Assembly (NCBI RefSeq): GCF_006345805.1
Contig: NC_043001.1
Location: forward strand, 59,334,001-59,398,000
From: Octopus sinensis
Lineage: Eukaryota
DNA length: 64,000 nt
Direction: 5' to 3'
Shown: in pieces, positions 40,356 through 54,110 of the stretch
Numbering within the stretch: position 1 is the stretch's first letter
Layout of the letters: each line of letters opens with the position of its first letter
Program-made: the position numbers and the translations under genes
The notes under the pieces: generated by a model
Told to the model about the DNA's origin: nothing
Database searches by the model: none
What the model saw: the letters and a program-made list of their open reading frames with translations, nothing else

Positions 40356-40727
40356 TCTTTACTCTTTTACTTGATTCAGTCATTTGACTGTGGCCATGCT
40401 GGAGCACCGCCTTTAATCGAGCAACTCGACCCCAGGATTTATTCTTTTTGCAAGCCCAGTACTTATTCTATCGGTATCTTTTGCCGAACCGCTAAGTAAC
40501 GTTGACATAAACACACCAGCATCGGTTGTCAAGCAATGCTAGGGGGACAAACACAGACACACTAACACACATACATATATATATATATATACATATATAC
40601 GACAGGCTTCTTTCAGTTTCCGTCTACCAAATCCACTCACAAGGCATTGGTCGGCCCGGGGCTATAGCAGAAGACACTTGCCCAATATGCCACGCTGTGG
40701 GACTGAACCCGGAACCATGTGGTTGGT
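40354..40727 (-). mobile_element. SINE family 1, nearly full length
   Basis: Colinear with 62736-63152, lacking the first about 35 nt of the head. Confidence 0.92.
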
Positions 40728-40779
40728 TATAAAATATATAGATATAGATAGATAGACAGATAGACAGATATATATATAT

Positions 40780-40838
<59 letters not shown>

Positions 40839-41059
40839 TATAGATAATGTATGTATATATAAATATGAGTGCTTTTGCGTGCAAACAAGCAGAAGATGCT
40901 GATGAAGCCAATATTCACACACACACACACACGCACACACACACACACACACACATATGATTGAACATAAATCATTGACGCATAAATATACGCATACTAA
41001 GTCTCACATATATATAGTACCTTTCTCTGTCTCTCTCTTTTTGTTTCTTTGTCTGTCTG

Positions 41060-41110
<51 letters not shown>

Positions 41111-42281
41111 CTATCTAACTATCTATTTATATACATATATACATACACACACATTTGTATACATATATTTATAAACTAATATATCCCGTTATACATATAT
41201 ATATATATATATATATACATATACATACACATATATAATACGTGTGTGTGTATATGTGTGTATACGTGTGTGTGCATGTGTGCGTGTGTATGTGAGTTCA
41301 TATATATTCGTTCTTTTGACTTTTACGTAGCGCTGATGTCAATGTTAAGAGAAGTGGTGGGTATTAAGAAAACATGAATCCTGCTATTAACGAACATTTC
41401 CTGATTACTAACTCCATCGCCAGTCACAGCTGTGGTATCTTTCACATATGTGATTGAAAGGATCTGTTAATGCAAGGTGTGAACTGATTAAGCGAGAAAC
41501 TATGTGATATTTTAGCATATGATTAGTCGCTGAAGCGGTGTTTCCACTTTGGTAGATAAATTTCAACGTGTGATAATGAAATCCTGTTCTTAACTATTGA
41601 CCATAAACGGATTACTTTAACAGATTTAATGGAGATAAATTATGTTTTTATTCTATTTTGCTTCGGAAGATGCTTCAAGGGATCGATAAAACTCGAATTA
41701 ATTGCTTGAGTTATGAACGAGCTTGCTACGTAATCTTATACTTTACTATTAATAATTTCTATTTTCGGGGTTCAAATCTTTGAGACTTTATTCATAATTT
41801 CTTTTAGTTGCAATGTAGAAAAGTAGTACGACTGGAAAAATCATAGAGAAATGAAAATGAAATAAAAATTGTGTGTATGAGTTCACAATTTAAAAAATGC
41901 ATTTCACGGTGATAGTACTCTACGTACAGTACCCTACTATGGTTACTTATGTGTTTTTTTAAACATGGTTTTACTGGTATCTTATCCATGAATTCCCCAT
42001 TTCTATTCTTTATTTCCACAAGAGCTCCGATGATAACAGGTATCGTTAGTGGTTTTCATTTGCTATACATTGTTAATCTCCCTACTTAAGCCATCGTATC
42101 TTTGTAGTATGCTAAGTTTTTTAATGTGACGTAAATGTCAATAAGAAGATATATTTCATTCATTTCATTTTCTGCTGAAATACCTGGGTGGTTTACCTTG
42201 ATGATCCTGTCGTTATGAATTGTAAAACTTCGGAGAATGATTATACGGTCAATTTGAGTGACTGGTTAAGGAAAATGTTCA

Positions 42282-42760
42282 TTCATACCAATTCATAGAT
42301 GTTTCTTTCCGATAGCCTTTACAAATATTCTGGTGTGAATATTGCCCGATGTGTTCATTTTTGGTTTTACATTTATAAGCCATTAAAGAACAACCAGAGA
42401 CAAGGTGACAAATAGTATCTACCTGAACACTAAATAGCCTATACTTTGAGTCTGTTCCGTTCCAAAGTATTTTTACATTGTAATTGCGGTTAGATGAGGA
42501 TTGGTGTTGGGCTGCAACTACAAATCTTTCACTTTCTGTCTTTAAATCAGCAGTTTGCAACCAGTGATGGGAGAGGAATTTTTCAACAACAGCTTTGTTG
42601 CTGCATGTTACAACTATTGATCGAGGGTTTATTTTGCCAGCGGTGTTTTGCTCGTTCCAAGCCCTTCTGTTTTATTTTATCTTACTTTAACTTAACTTTT
42701 CAGCTTGCGTTGTTGAAGTTTCTCTGATCTTGGTGTCCATATTTTCTAAACAGAACTTGT
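42282..42760 (-). mobile_element. R4/Dong-like LINE internal fragment (pre-CCHC/CCHC region)
   Basis: RWQNKP...HHWLQTADLKTESERFVVAAQHQ...RNY...DSKYRL...DTICHLVSGC...IGQYSH...NWYE. Confidence 0.8.
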
Positions 42761-42859
42761 GTTTAAGTTTATTAATCTGTTTTGGCACAGAGTACTTAGA
42801 CCTTCTAGTTTAATGCTTTTATAACCAAGACCATCATCCAGTCAGTTGTAAGTGACCAG

Positions 42860-43045
42860 TAATAAAGTCGCAGGAAAAAAAAGTAGTAAAGTCACGAATT
42901 TTGCTGGGAAAAAAATCACAAGTAAAATGGCACAATTTATGGGATCCGAACAAAACCTCTGTGACTTTTTTCCGTGGCTTTATTACTATTACTTTTTTTC
43001 CAGTGACTTTTCTCGTGTGTGTTTTTTTTATTACCTGGATTCCAG
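42860..43045. mobile_element. Short fold-back element with AAAGTCAC/GTGACTTT sub-repeats (MITE-like)
   Basis: The left half carries aaagtcgc, aaagtcac and aaaaaaatcac; the right half carries gtgactttttt and gtgactttt in inverted orientation. Confidence 0.4.
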
Positions 43046-44264
43046 TTGTAGTATCAAAGAATGCTTCAAGACCGGTGGTAGTTCTAAATGAAATTCAAGT
43101 GAAAGAGATTTCTACCACCTTCAGGAGAAATAGGTGTTCAATATGATAGTTAGGGTGATGCATTTTGTGAACTTTGCATCTATATGACACACATTTACAG
43201 TCCTTCTCTTCAAGAAAAAAAATTTGTATTGCTTTCATCTGCTTGGTCTGTTATGATGGATGAAGCTATTTATATGCATTGAACTGGCTAGTGACAGGCC
43301 GGTACCTTTTTAGGATATGGGTCTCATCTGATTTCGAAAGAAGAAAATTTATACCTTCTGTTAACAATGAGTTAGTTTCGGAAGCGTATACTGCCGTTGT
43401 TGTTGTTGTTGTTGTTGTTACTATGTTAATTCTGTTATTGATGATGATGAGATGGAGGAAGAGATTGAGAATCATCTTCCTCCTAATCATCATCATCATC
43501 ATCTTCATCGTTATGGTCAAAATAGCTGATTAAGTGTAGATGAAGGAGGCAGGAATTTCATAAACCTTTCTAATGAACTCATTTCGCCGATGCGGGATTC
43601 CACTGATCATTTTTGTCCAAAACACAAGGCACTTCTACAGGACAGGCAGAAAATACCTGGACTTGAATAATAGAAGATGACTTTTCAATAGTGTCTCAAG
43701 CATATAAGCGAGACACTGACGCAAGCGTAACTGAAACTGTGATGCAAACGTTAACGGGCAATGGTCTCGGTTGCAAAGTATCAAGGCAATTAACTCCTGT
43801 CACAGTGACAACACAATAGGTTATATAATTCTTACTTGGATCTTCTTAAACTGGGAATGATATGGTAAATATAAATTTTTCTGTCTTTTTTACATGTATT
43901 TCTCCAAATTTCGCTGAGAAGCACACATTTCTATACAATGGATTGCTCTATCAAGAGAATTACTTGGATTTTTACAATATGGATAGCATGAACGCCCACG
44001 CAGATCGTGATACGTCATTTGTAGCAAAAATGTGAAATTGCCAGGAAAAATCAATCACAGAAATGAATTCTGAGATACTTCAAATCTCGTTCAAATCAAA
44101 CTGCACTGTGTTGGTGAAAGTGATGGACATATTGAGAAAACAGTCATACACACAAATACGAACATATACATATACACACAAATGTATAGATACACATATA
44201 CAAAGATGTTTATAAATATATATTTATATATCCATACCTTATATCTGTACACACACACACACAC

Positions 44265-44309
<45 letters not shown>

Positions 44310-44410
44310 TGGTAAAACGGTAAGATAACAAAAGAAAGAAAGAGACCTCAATATTGTGTAAATAGAGGAAATTTATCTATAAAATAATATGTTACATTAC
44401 TCGATAGTCA

Positions 44411-44473
44411 AGATAAAACTCTGAGTTTCAGATGCCGAAGTGGGAATCCACGCCGCCATCTCTTCGGTTATCT
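44411..44473 (-). ncRNA. Hammerhead-like motif in the pLTR (sense to the ORF; variant core)
   Basis: AGATAA-CCGAAGA-GATG...CATC-T-GAAA-CTCAGAG-TT-TTATCT. Stem I is perfect and stem III is ACTC/GAGT; U4C and an off-register stem II suggest impairment. Confidence 0.55.
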
Positions 44474-45500
44474 GGCTATTTGAAAACGCTATGAAAAAAT
44501 ACCGTTATACAAAGGGAAATTACTGTGTTATAACTCTGCTTGCCTGCGTACTTATACATCGCTATGTGAACGTACACATCTTCACTCGCATATTTCGCCA
44601 TAAAAATTATATAAAAATACCTAAAAAATATATAAAAAATATATAGAAATATATATATACATAAAATATATATAAAAAATATATGATAGAAGGTATGATG
44701 AGGTAAAAAACCTTCTTCGGACATAACATAGAAAGCATGTTCTATCTGTCTTCTTTAGGGGACCAAAAACGTAACAGAAATTTAGTCACATTTAGACATG
44801 TAGTAGGGTCTAAGCTGCTTTTCCAGATAAGCCATCTCTCCATGTCGCATAGACTGCACCTTCCGCTGCCGTTGGTATAGGGCTTACATTTGGCCAAAAT
44901 CTTCCAATGTATGTTATAATCGACACCTTTATCTCTTAAAGACCAAATATGATTAGATCATTTTGTCGCTTTTCTTTTGTTCCAGTGCCTAAAGCTCAAA
45001 GTGTGGTTATTGAACATGGCCTTGAAATTACCATCTGTAAGGCCCACGTAATTCTTCGTCGAAACGGTGTCTTTAGTGGTTATAGAGTCTACGGTAGCTT
45101 CATATATGATGGTCTTGGACATGCAAGCTCCATTTAGCGGGCACAATTCTTTACTCCTGCATGAACAGCTGTTTTCTTAAATTTCTTTAAATTGTGTCTA
45201 TTGAAGAGTTTCCTATAAGCATGGTTAGAACATGCTTTCTATGTTATGTCCCAAGAAGGTTTTTTACCTCATCATATTTACTTCTATCATATTTTTTTAT
45301 ATATATTTTATGTATATATATATTTTTTTATATATTTTTTATATATTTTTTATGTATTTTTATATAATTTTTATGGCGAAATATGCGAGTGAAGATGTGT
45401 ACGTTCACATAGCGATGTATAAGTACGCAGGCAGGCAGAGTTATAACACAGTAATTTCCCTTTGTATAACGGTATTTTTTCATAGCGTTTTCAAATAGCC

Positions 45501-45563
45501 AGATAACCGAAGAGATGGCGGCGTGGATTCCCACTTCGGCATCTGAAACTCAGAGTTTTATCT
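45501..45563 (+). ncRNA. Same hammerhead-like motif in the inverted pLTR copy
   Basis: Identical to the reverse complement of 44411-44473. Confidence 0.55.
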
Positions 45564-45614
45564 TGACTATCGAGTAATGTAACATATCATTATATATATA
45601 TATATATATATATA

Positions 45615-45642
<28 letters not shown>

Positions 45643-45646
<4 letters not shown>

Positions 45647-45799
45647 AATCCCTCGACTACCGCGGTTGTCACGTTCCAAAAGTCTCCGCGAGCTGAGATT
45701 GCCTTTTTGATAATGTGAACTTGAATATATAACCAATAATACAGCTTGCTTGCCACAGTCCATGGTTCAAGATACATGAGAAGACCTTTCAAACAAATA
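45643..45799 (+). mobile_element. Duplicated left end of the Tigger/pogo-like remnant
   Basis: About 90% identical by eye to 46129-46285; begins CAATAATCCCTCGACTACCGCGG after TA. Confidence 0.7.
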
Positions 45800-45879
45800 C
45801 GAACTTATACATATACGCACAAATGTATAGATACATATATATAATAAAGATGTTTAGAAATATATACATAAGTCTTATG

Positions 45880-45949
<70 letters not shown>

Positions 45950-46027
45950 ATATATATAGATGAACATGTGTGTGTGTGTGTACAGATATAAGATATGGAT
46001 ATATATATATCCATATCTTATATCTGT

Positions 46028-46640
<613 letters not shown>

Positions 46641-48191
46641 CATCTTCACCACTTAGAATTGCTGTCCTTGTGTCAAAATTTGAAACCGATATATCTTCTT
46701 GGCTTCACATCTACCAAAATCAAACAGACTGAGCCAGTTACTCTGTATTAAAAAATCTGCTCAAATCTGTTACTGCTGAATTCATCAAATATATCCCCAT
46801 CCACTCTACTATTTTTACTCTTCATTCCACTCTGTTTCAACGTTTGAACTGCAGTTAAACTATATGCAAGCACTTAAAATTGCATCGTTTGATATTTATC
46901 TCCTTAGACTGAGATTTAATAACACAATTTCAAACAAAAATTTGCTGTGTCAATCTCATCAATCTACAACCCTATAAATATTGTGGTTGCTTTCACAAAA
47001 CTCAAGGAAAAAGAATTTCAATTTGACATAATTTTAGATGTTTTCCAAACTACTTGCAAACATATTCTTTCATTCAGAATAAGAATTCATGACTGCATAT
47101 GACCGGATTGTGTGGGAGTAGAGTATTATTTTATGGTCGAATGACCACATTAAGGTAATTGCTTACAATAAATTTATAGTAATACTTACAATCAATTCCT
47201 ATGCAAGGCTTCGTGTCAAGCTTTACATATCGATATTATTTTATAGCATGCTATATCATACTGCAAACAAGCCATGCAAGTAAGTTCATTTAATTAGTCA
47301 AGTCTCTATTCGCCATACAATTTCAATTTCAGTTTAGAACAGACATCATTTGCATTAACTTTCTGGTTTAAAAAATGTCATGACCGTCTTCACTTTATGA
47401 TTTTTTTTCTCTCATAGCAGAAAGGAAAGATTAATCTGAAGAAAATTTAGCTGTCTGCTGGGTGTCATCGTCGGAGATGGAGGGAGAAATTGAAGACAGG
47501 GTGGGTAGAAAATGAGAAAGAAAATTAAAAGTGAGTTTAAGAGAATTAGAGAGCGATATTTAGGTAATGTCAGATACTGAGAGGAAGAAATAGAGGAAGG
47601 GTGAAAAAAGAGAGACAGAGGGAAGCAGAGAGACAGCTATAGATAATCTTTAACAGTATTTCATCATTGTTGTTACCAACGGCGTGGCTTTGAATGAAAT
47701 GTGCTGATCTCAATGTCGCCATCTCATCCAAAATTGACAAATCAGGACTGTCTTCGGACAATCAGACGAAGAATTTAATTAGTGCCAGAAGACAAAAGAT
47801 ATGAGATGGACAGATTTCCTTACTCGGTGTTTATTGTTGACAGTTGGTGTAAATCCACAGACTATCTCCCAATTTCCGTATTAACATTTTACTCAGTTGC
47901 GACAGTTATAGCTTCTACTTCCTGACGTATTTGTTTGTAGAAATATATAGACACAAAAGCACATATACAAGCGTGAGTGTTTGCGTGACTGCGCGTATCA
48001 GGGTGTGTGGTGTGCATGTGTGTTGTGCGTCTATACATACATGTACGCATATGTATGTATGAATGTATGAATGTATATATATAATATAATATTATATATA
48101 TATATATATTATATATATATAATATAATATATATATATATATATATACATATATATATGTGTATGTGCATATATATATATATATATACATT

Positions 48192-48374
48192 CAATTGCAG
48201 CGTGGAAGGTGTTTATAAGCCATTTAAGAAACACACAAAAGCCGTTCGATCACTCCAACATTTAAGTTTAATTTGTCAAAATATTTTGACAAATTAAACT
48301 TAAATGTTGGAGTGAATCGAACGGCTTTTGTGTGTTTCTTAAATGGCTTATAAACACCTTCCACGCTGCAATTG
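48192..48374. repeat. 183-bp spacer-less palindrome
   Basis: caattgcagcgtggaagg...tgtcaaaat|attttgaca...ccttccacgctgcaattg, with one 1-nt indel between the arms. Confidence 0.95.
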
Positions 48375-48461
48375 TTTTCGTTTCAGCACACGATCTCAGA
48401 TCAAATTACTTGCTATGCGAGTACATCTCCGTAATATATATATATATATATATATATTATA

Positions 48462-48556
<95 letters not shown>

Positions 48557-48565
48557 ATATATATA

Positions 48566-48602
<37 letters not shown>

Positions 48603-48848
48603 TGTGCGTGTGTGTGTACATAGTTTAAATTTACAGAAAAACAAAAGACGAAGAGAAGTGTAGGAACAACGAGCAGGTGTATTTATGTGACGCCCGAGAA
48701 AGTGAGGAAGTTTTTTCCGTTTCGAGCCTACGCTCTACAACCGAAAGGATTAAAAGAAAACAGAGAGAATAAAATCTTGTGGATTTAGCGGTCAGGCATA
48801 CACACATACATACATACATACATACATACATACATACATACATACATA

Positions 48849-50111
48849 AAGGGTGCGTTGGGTAAATTGTCACCATTTTATATTTCAAATTTCACGCATG
48901 CGCATTGTTTTTGATTTTGTCGCCTACACAGTATAGTAGTGTCCGTTAAGCACCGTGTGTGAGAAAAACAACACCATGACGCAATTCACTCTGCCAGGAA
49001 TTTAGAAACGATACGCTGTACTGCTTATCATTCACACTGGAAGCACTAATACGAATATTTCAGAGTATTCGGGTGTCAATCTGAGAACAGTGCGGAGGAT
49101 TCGGTAAGAGATAGATGAGTCTAATGGTGATTACGAAGGTACTGCAGTTCGAAAACATTACTCTGATAGTTCTGATAAGAAAACAACTGAATTTGTTGGT
49201 GAGATCTACACCATGAGCAACAACGATCCCTCCAAGTCAATCAGGTCCATCGTCAGGGTCATAAAAGTGTCTAGATTACTTCTCAGGCAGATAGAGCATG
49301 AAGACATTCGGTATTCCCCATACAAGATAAGAAAGGGCCAATTTGTATCCCAAGCCATAAAGGACAAGAGCAAAAACCGCGCTACGAAGCTTTTGAACAA
49401 ACGCAAGCACCCCCTCCAACCGAACATGATTTGTTCTTTTCTCAGATAAGAAAATTTTCTACCAGGATCAGATAGCTTGCCGTGTCACCAAATCATGTAC
49501 CGGGAGTGATAAAAATAAAACATCCAGTCAACATAATGGCGTTTGGAGTATCATTAGTGATGGCGACGTTATGCCTCCATTCATCTTCCCACACGGTCTT
49601 AGACTCAGCGTGGAAGCCTACAACAATTGCCTGGGGGATGTAGTGCTACCCTGCGTCATGAGGGTGGCTGCTGGAAGATACTATGTCTGACAGCAGGACT
49701 CTGCACCATGCCACACAAGCAGGAGAACCCAGTCATATCTGTCAGATAATTTCTACGATCACATCACCCCAACATCTAGGTAACTAACTTCCCAGACTGC
49801 CCTTGATTATTATGTGTGGGGCGTAGTTCAGCGAGAGACTAACAAAACACTTCGTAACACCAATGATGAACGGAAGGCAAGGATTATGGCAGCATTCTGC
49901 AACTTTAACAAAGAGACAATCCAGAAGAGTTGCAGGAGATTCCGAAGTTGACTGGAGGCCGTGGTTGAAGCCAATGGCGATTTTATTGAATAAATTTACT
50001 CTTTACTATTTCAAGATATCTTTATGTAATTTCGTTAAATATATCTTTTAAAATGAGATATCAGTTTATTTTCACTTTTGTAATTTAGACGACAATTTAC
50101 TCACCGCACTC

Positions 50112-50113
<2 letters not shown>
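48849..50113 (+). mobile_element. Tc1/mariner-superfamily DNA transposon (DD37D/maT-like), decayed, both TIRs present
   Basis: Left AGGGTGCGTTGGGTAAATTGTCACC vs right (reverse complement) AGAGTGCGGTGAGTAAATTGTCGTC, about 1.27 kb. Transposase relics: DGDVMPPFIF, QQDSAPCHTS, PDC-PLDYYVWG, LEAVVEANGDFIE*. Confidence 0.88.
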
Positions 50114-50159
<46 letters not shown>

Positions 50160-50168
50160 TATATATAT

Positions 50169-50211
<43 letters not shown>

Positions 50212-50226
50212 TAGATATAGATACAT

Positions 50227-50274
<48 letters not shown>

Positions 50275-50386
50275 TATATACATACATATATGCACATATA
50301 TTTTTGTATATATATACATGTGTGTGTTGTAAGTATATATATATAAATCTATATGTATATCTATGCATCTATCTATCTATCTATCT

Positions 50387-50425
<39 letters not shown>

Positions 50426-50702
50426 ACTTACTTAGAAATGCATGCGTGCGTTCCGTCATATAATAACAAATTAATAAATAAAACATATGCATATATACAT
50501 ACATATATGTACGTACCTACATCTACATGTATATATACATGTATATATGGGTACAGGACACCAAAAAAACGTCGAACACAATGAGAAACGAAAACATAGA
50601 TACAAAACCAAGGAAATGGACATTTTTCTTAAAAAACGAAAAAATAGAGTACTGTGAAGGAAGCCCAAGTGATAGCAATATCACAGCCAAGTTTTTGAAA
50701 GC

Positions 50703-52194
50703 AACAAGAACACAACGCGCAGCCCGGTCCGGGAATCGAAACCACACGAAGAGAAGTGTAGGAACAACGAGCAGGTGTATTTATGTGACGCCCGAGAAAG
50801 TGAGGAAGTTTTTTCCGTTTCGAGCCTACGCTCTACAACCGAAAGGATTAAAAGAAAACAGAGAGAATAAAATCTTGTGGATTTAGCGGTCAGGCATACA
50901 CACATACATACATACATACATACATACATACATACATACATACATACATACATACATACATACATAAAGGGTGCGTTGGGTAAATTGTCACCATTTTATA
51001 TTTCAAATTTCACGCATGCGCATTGTTTTTGATTTTGTCGCCTACACAGTATAGTAGTGTCCGTTAAGCACCGTGTGTGAGAAAAACAACACCATGACGC
51101 AATTCACTCTGCCAGGAATTTAGAAACGATACGCTGTACTGCTTATCATTCACACTGGAAGCACTAATACGAATATTTCAGAGTATTCGGGTGTCAATCT
51201 GAGAACAGTGCGGAGGATTCGGTAAGAGATAGATGAGTCTAATGGTGATTACGAAGGTACTGCAGTTCGAAAACATTACTCTGATAGTTCTGATAAGAAA
51301 ACAACTGAATTTGTTGGTGAGATCTACACCATGAGCAACAACGATCCCTCCAAGTCAATCAGGTCCATCGTCAGGGTCATAAAAGTGTCTAGATTACTTC
51401 TCAGGCAGATAGAGCATGAAGACATTCGGTATTCCCCATACAAGATAAGAAAGGGCCAATTTGTATCCCAAGCCATAAAGGACAAGAGCAAAAACCGCGC
51501 TACGAAGCTTTTGAACAACGCAAGCACCCCCTCCAACCGAACATGATTTGTTCTTTTCTCAGATAAGAAAATTTTCTACCAGGATCAGATAGCTTGCCGT
51601 GTCACCAAATCATGTACCGGGAGTGATAAAAATAAAACATCCAGTCAACATAATGGCGTTTGGAGTATCATTAGTGATGGCGACGTTATGCCTCCATTCA
51701 TCTTCCCACACGGTCTTAGACTCAGCGTGGAAGCCTACAACAATTGCCTGGGGGATGTAGTGCTACCCTGCGTCATGAGGGTGGCTGCTGGAAGATACTA
51801 TGTCTGACAGCAGGACTCTGCACCATGCCACACAAGCAGGAGAACCCAGTCATATCTGTCAGATAATTTCTACGATCACATCACCCCAACATCTAGGTAA
51901 CTAACTTCCCAGACTGCCCTTGATTATTATGTGTGGGGCGTAGTTCAGCGAGAGACTAACAAAACACTTCGTAACACCAATGATGAACGGAAGGCAAGGA
52001 TTATGGCAGCATTCTGCAACTTTAACAAAGAGACAATCCAGAAGAGTTGCAGGAGATTCCGAAGATACCACTTAATAGCCACTTCCGCTACCATTCTGTT
52101 ATTGAACGGTGATATTTTCGCGTATTTTTCTTGGGATATCGAAACCACAACCTCACTATCGTAAGTTCGACGCTCTAACCACTGAGCCATGGCC
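50703..52194 (-). mobile_element. tRNA-derived SINE head split in two (52138-52194 and 50703-50746) by an insertion
   Basis: The rejoined minus strand reads GGCCATGGCTCAGTGGTTAGAGCGTCGAACTTACGATAGTGAGGTTGTGGTTTCGATTCCCGGACCGGGCTGCGCGTTGTGTTCTTG, with A and B boxes. Confidence 0.8.
50968..52064 (+). mobile_element. Second, 3'-truncated copy of the DD37D-like transposon (part of a local duplication)
   Basis: Identical by eye to 48849-49947 except a 1-nt indel; lacks the right TIR. Confidence 0.9.
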
Positions 52195-53063
52195 TTCACT
52201 ATGCGACAAGTATTAGGGAAATATTAAGTCGTGTTATTTCTGGAAGAATCCCAGCTGGTTCGGACATAGCAAAATTGTTGGCCTGTGTTGAAGGGGGAGG
52301 ACTGACACCCTCCAAGATGTCAAAACCGTAATCCAATAAATCCCCTACTATAGACCCCTAACCCTAACTCCTACTCATAAATAATTTAACATTCAACTAG
52401 CTCTTCCTTTCTCGACTTTCTACGCACACACAACCCCATTGCTAAAAATAACTCGATAGTCACTGACCCTAGCCCGAACGGACAGAAACAATTACTACCA
52501 AATCTCCTCCCCAACAACTTTATACTTTGAGACTACCAGATATATACTACTCTCTTTAAACACCTTTAATTTTACTTTGCTCTATTTTTTTACCCAATCT
52601 TCCTCTACCACCCCTTCCTCTCTCTCATCTTCTCGGCCACCCTGTACACAATTCTTAGACACCATATACACATATCCATCTTACTTTATCTTATAGCCAA
52701 TCCTTAGAATCCCCCCACCTCACTCTATCTACCTCTATTTATATTTGTTTTCTTATCTTTACTTTTACCACTTAATAGCCACTTCCGCTACCATTCTGTT
52801 ATTGAACGGTGATATTTTCGCGTATTTTTCTTGGGATATTTACTATATCAGAACTTTAACTCACATGGATATACGCAGGATTGCACTTAAAGGCTCATGC
52901 TCTGGTTTCAATAACTTTGGGAATTTGAACTATGAAATGTTATGCTGCCTTTTTCTTCTCTCTGTCCATCTTCTGATTCTTTTACTCCCTTCCTCTATGT
53001 TGTGAACTTATACCAGCCCACCCAAGATACTGATCTAGTTCTACCACCAATAGCCTTTCAAAA

Positions 53064-53188
53064 GGCATAGGAGTGACTGTGTGGTAAGTAGCTTGCTTAT
53101 GAACCACATGGTTCCAGGTTCAGTCCCACTGCGTGGTACATTGGGCAAGTGTCTTCTACTATAGCCTCGGGCCGACCAAAGCCTTGTG
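53064..53188 (+). mobile_element. SINE family 1, 5' half
   Basis: ggcataggagtgactgtgtggtaagtagc...ggttcagtccc...gccgaccaaagccttgtga. Confidence 0.88.
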
Positions 53189-53649
53189 ATATATATCAAA
53201 ACAAAAAAGGGAAAAAGAACGTAACAGGCGACAAGAAAACATTCGGACAGTAGGTGATACAAGAAAGGACAGGTGAAAACTAAGGACGGGTCATTCGGAG
53301 CTTTTAATCTTCAGTCGAGAAGCAGATCGTCTTTGCAGTTTCGGTTGGTTATTAACGAAACCAGAATTATTGAGGCACGACCATGTTTCCTTTTTGAATA
53401 ATTTCTTCTCTAGATGCCCCTCTAGATGCTCTTTTATCATTTCTTTCCATCTTCCGTGACTTTGATTCTGCTGTTGGTGTAGGCGCATTGTTTCGAAAAG
53501 GGCTGATGTTGAACGTAACCAGCAGCGTAAGCTATGCCTTAGGACTATTAGCGGTGAATGTCTCGACAGTGATGGGGAGCAGCTTTTCCCAGATGTCTGA
53601 AGGCTTTTCATGAAACATCCCACTCTGCTAGTGGATGACTAGAAAACCA

Positions 53650-54110
53650 TCTTGTATAATCACTAAGACTGTGTGCATAACAGATAGGACGGGCAAGTAA
53701 TAAAAAAAGCATCGCAAAACTGTTCAGATGTTTCTAACTGACTGAGAGAAGCGATTGGATTTACCGAATAGTTTAATGTGGACATAAAAAAAACTGCATC
53801 GAATCAATCAAATCATACATAGATAGAGTATTCTGCAGGCCAATATATTTATATAACATAGGTTGCCAACAATGCAAACTATTCGCCTTACAGACCACAA
53901 ATTTGTGCTCCCTATAGTCAGTGTAGATGAGCTGCATGAACATATTGTTTGTTAAACGGTATGGGCAAAATATTGTCGGAATTGTGTGCGATACAATGTA
54001 AGCTAAAAAAGGCAGGGATATGTTTTCCCGAACAATGATTGTGTCTGGCTACTCGGTAACTGAATTTACACGTTTGATCAAGAATTTTCATATCCTGAAG
54101 CGTTCATACT
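53650..54110 (-). pseudogene. Possible decayed class A GPCR remnant (TM5-TM7/helix 8)
   Basis: PFLAYIVSHTIPTIFCPY (TM5-like), hydrophobic TM6-like stretches, and DAVFFMSTLNYSVNPI...SEQFCDAFFITC (NPxxY/helix 8-like, but the Tyr is missing); requires frameshifts and stops. Confidence 0.35.

Larger units (their letters stand above)
44312..45585 (-). mobile_element. PLE 3' end (GIY-YIG fragment plus pLTR) with an inverted pLTR copy at its 5' end
   Basis: CPLNGAC...IIYEATV...NYVGLTDGNFKAMFNNHTLSFRH...WKILAKCKPY...RCSLC on the minus strand at about 44750-45150; arms 44389-44743 and 45224-45585 are near-identical inverted repeats. Confidence 0.92.

Noticed and set aside
52138-52194. tRNA gene (also the SINE heads at 7119, 53064 and 63152)
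   Set aside because: A and B boxes are present, but there is no complete cloverleaf and the sequence runs into SINE body, so these are SINE heads.
52200-53040. Possible PLE 3' end (RKIRENITVQ-like peptide on minus; GACA...TGTC-AAAACCGTA hairpin on plus)
   Set aside because: The two hints are on opposite strands and each is too decayed.
53196-53640. pLTR-like or coding-like island after the SINE 5' half
   Set aside because: CTGAAGA is present on the minus strand but without stems, and the 110-aa ORF has no recognisable motif.
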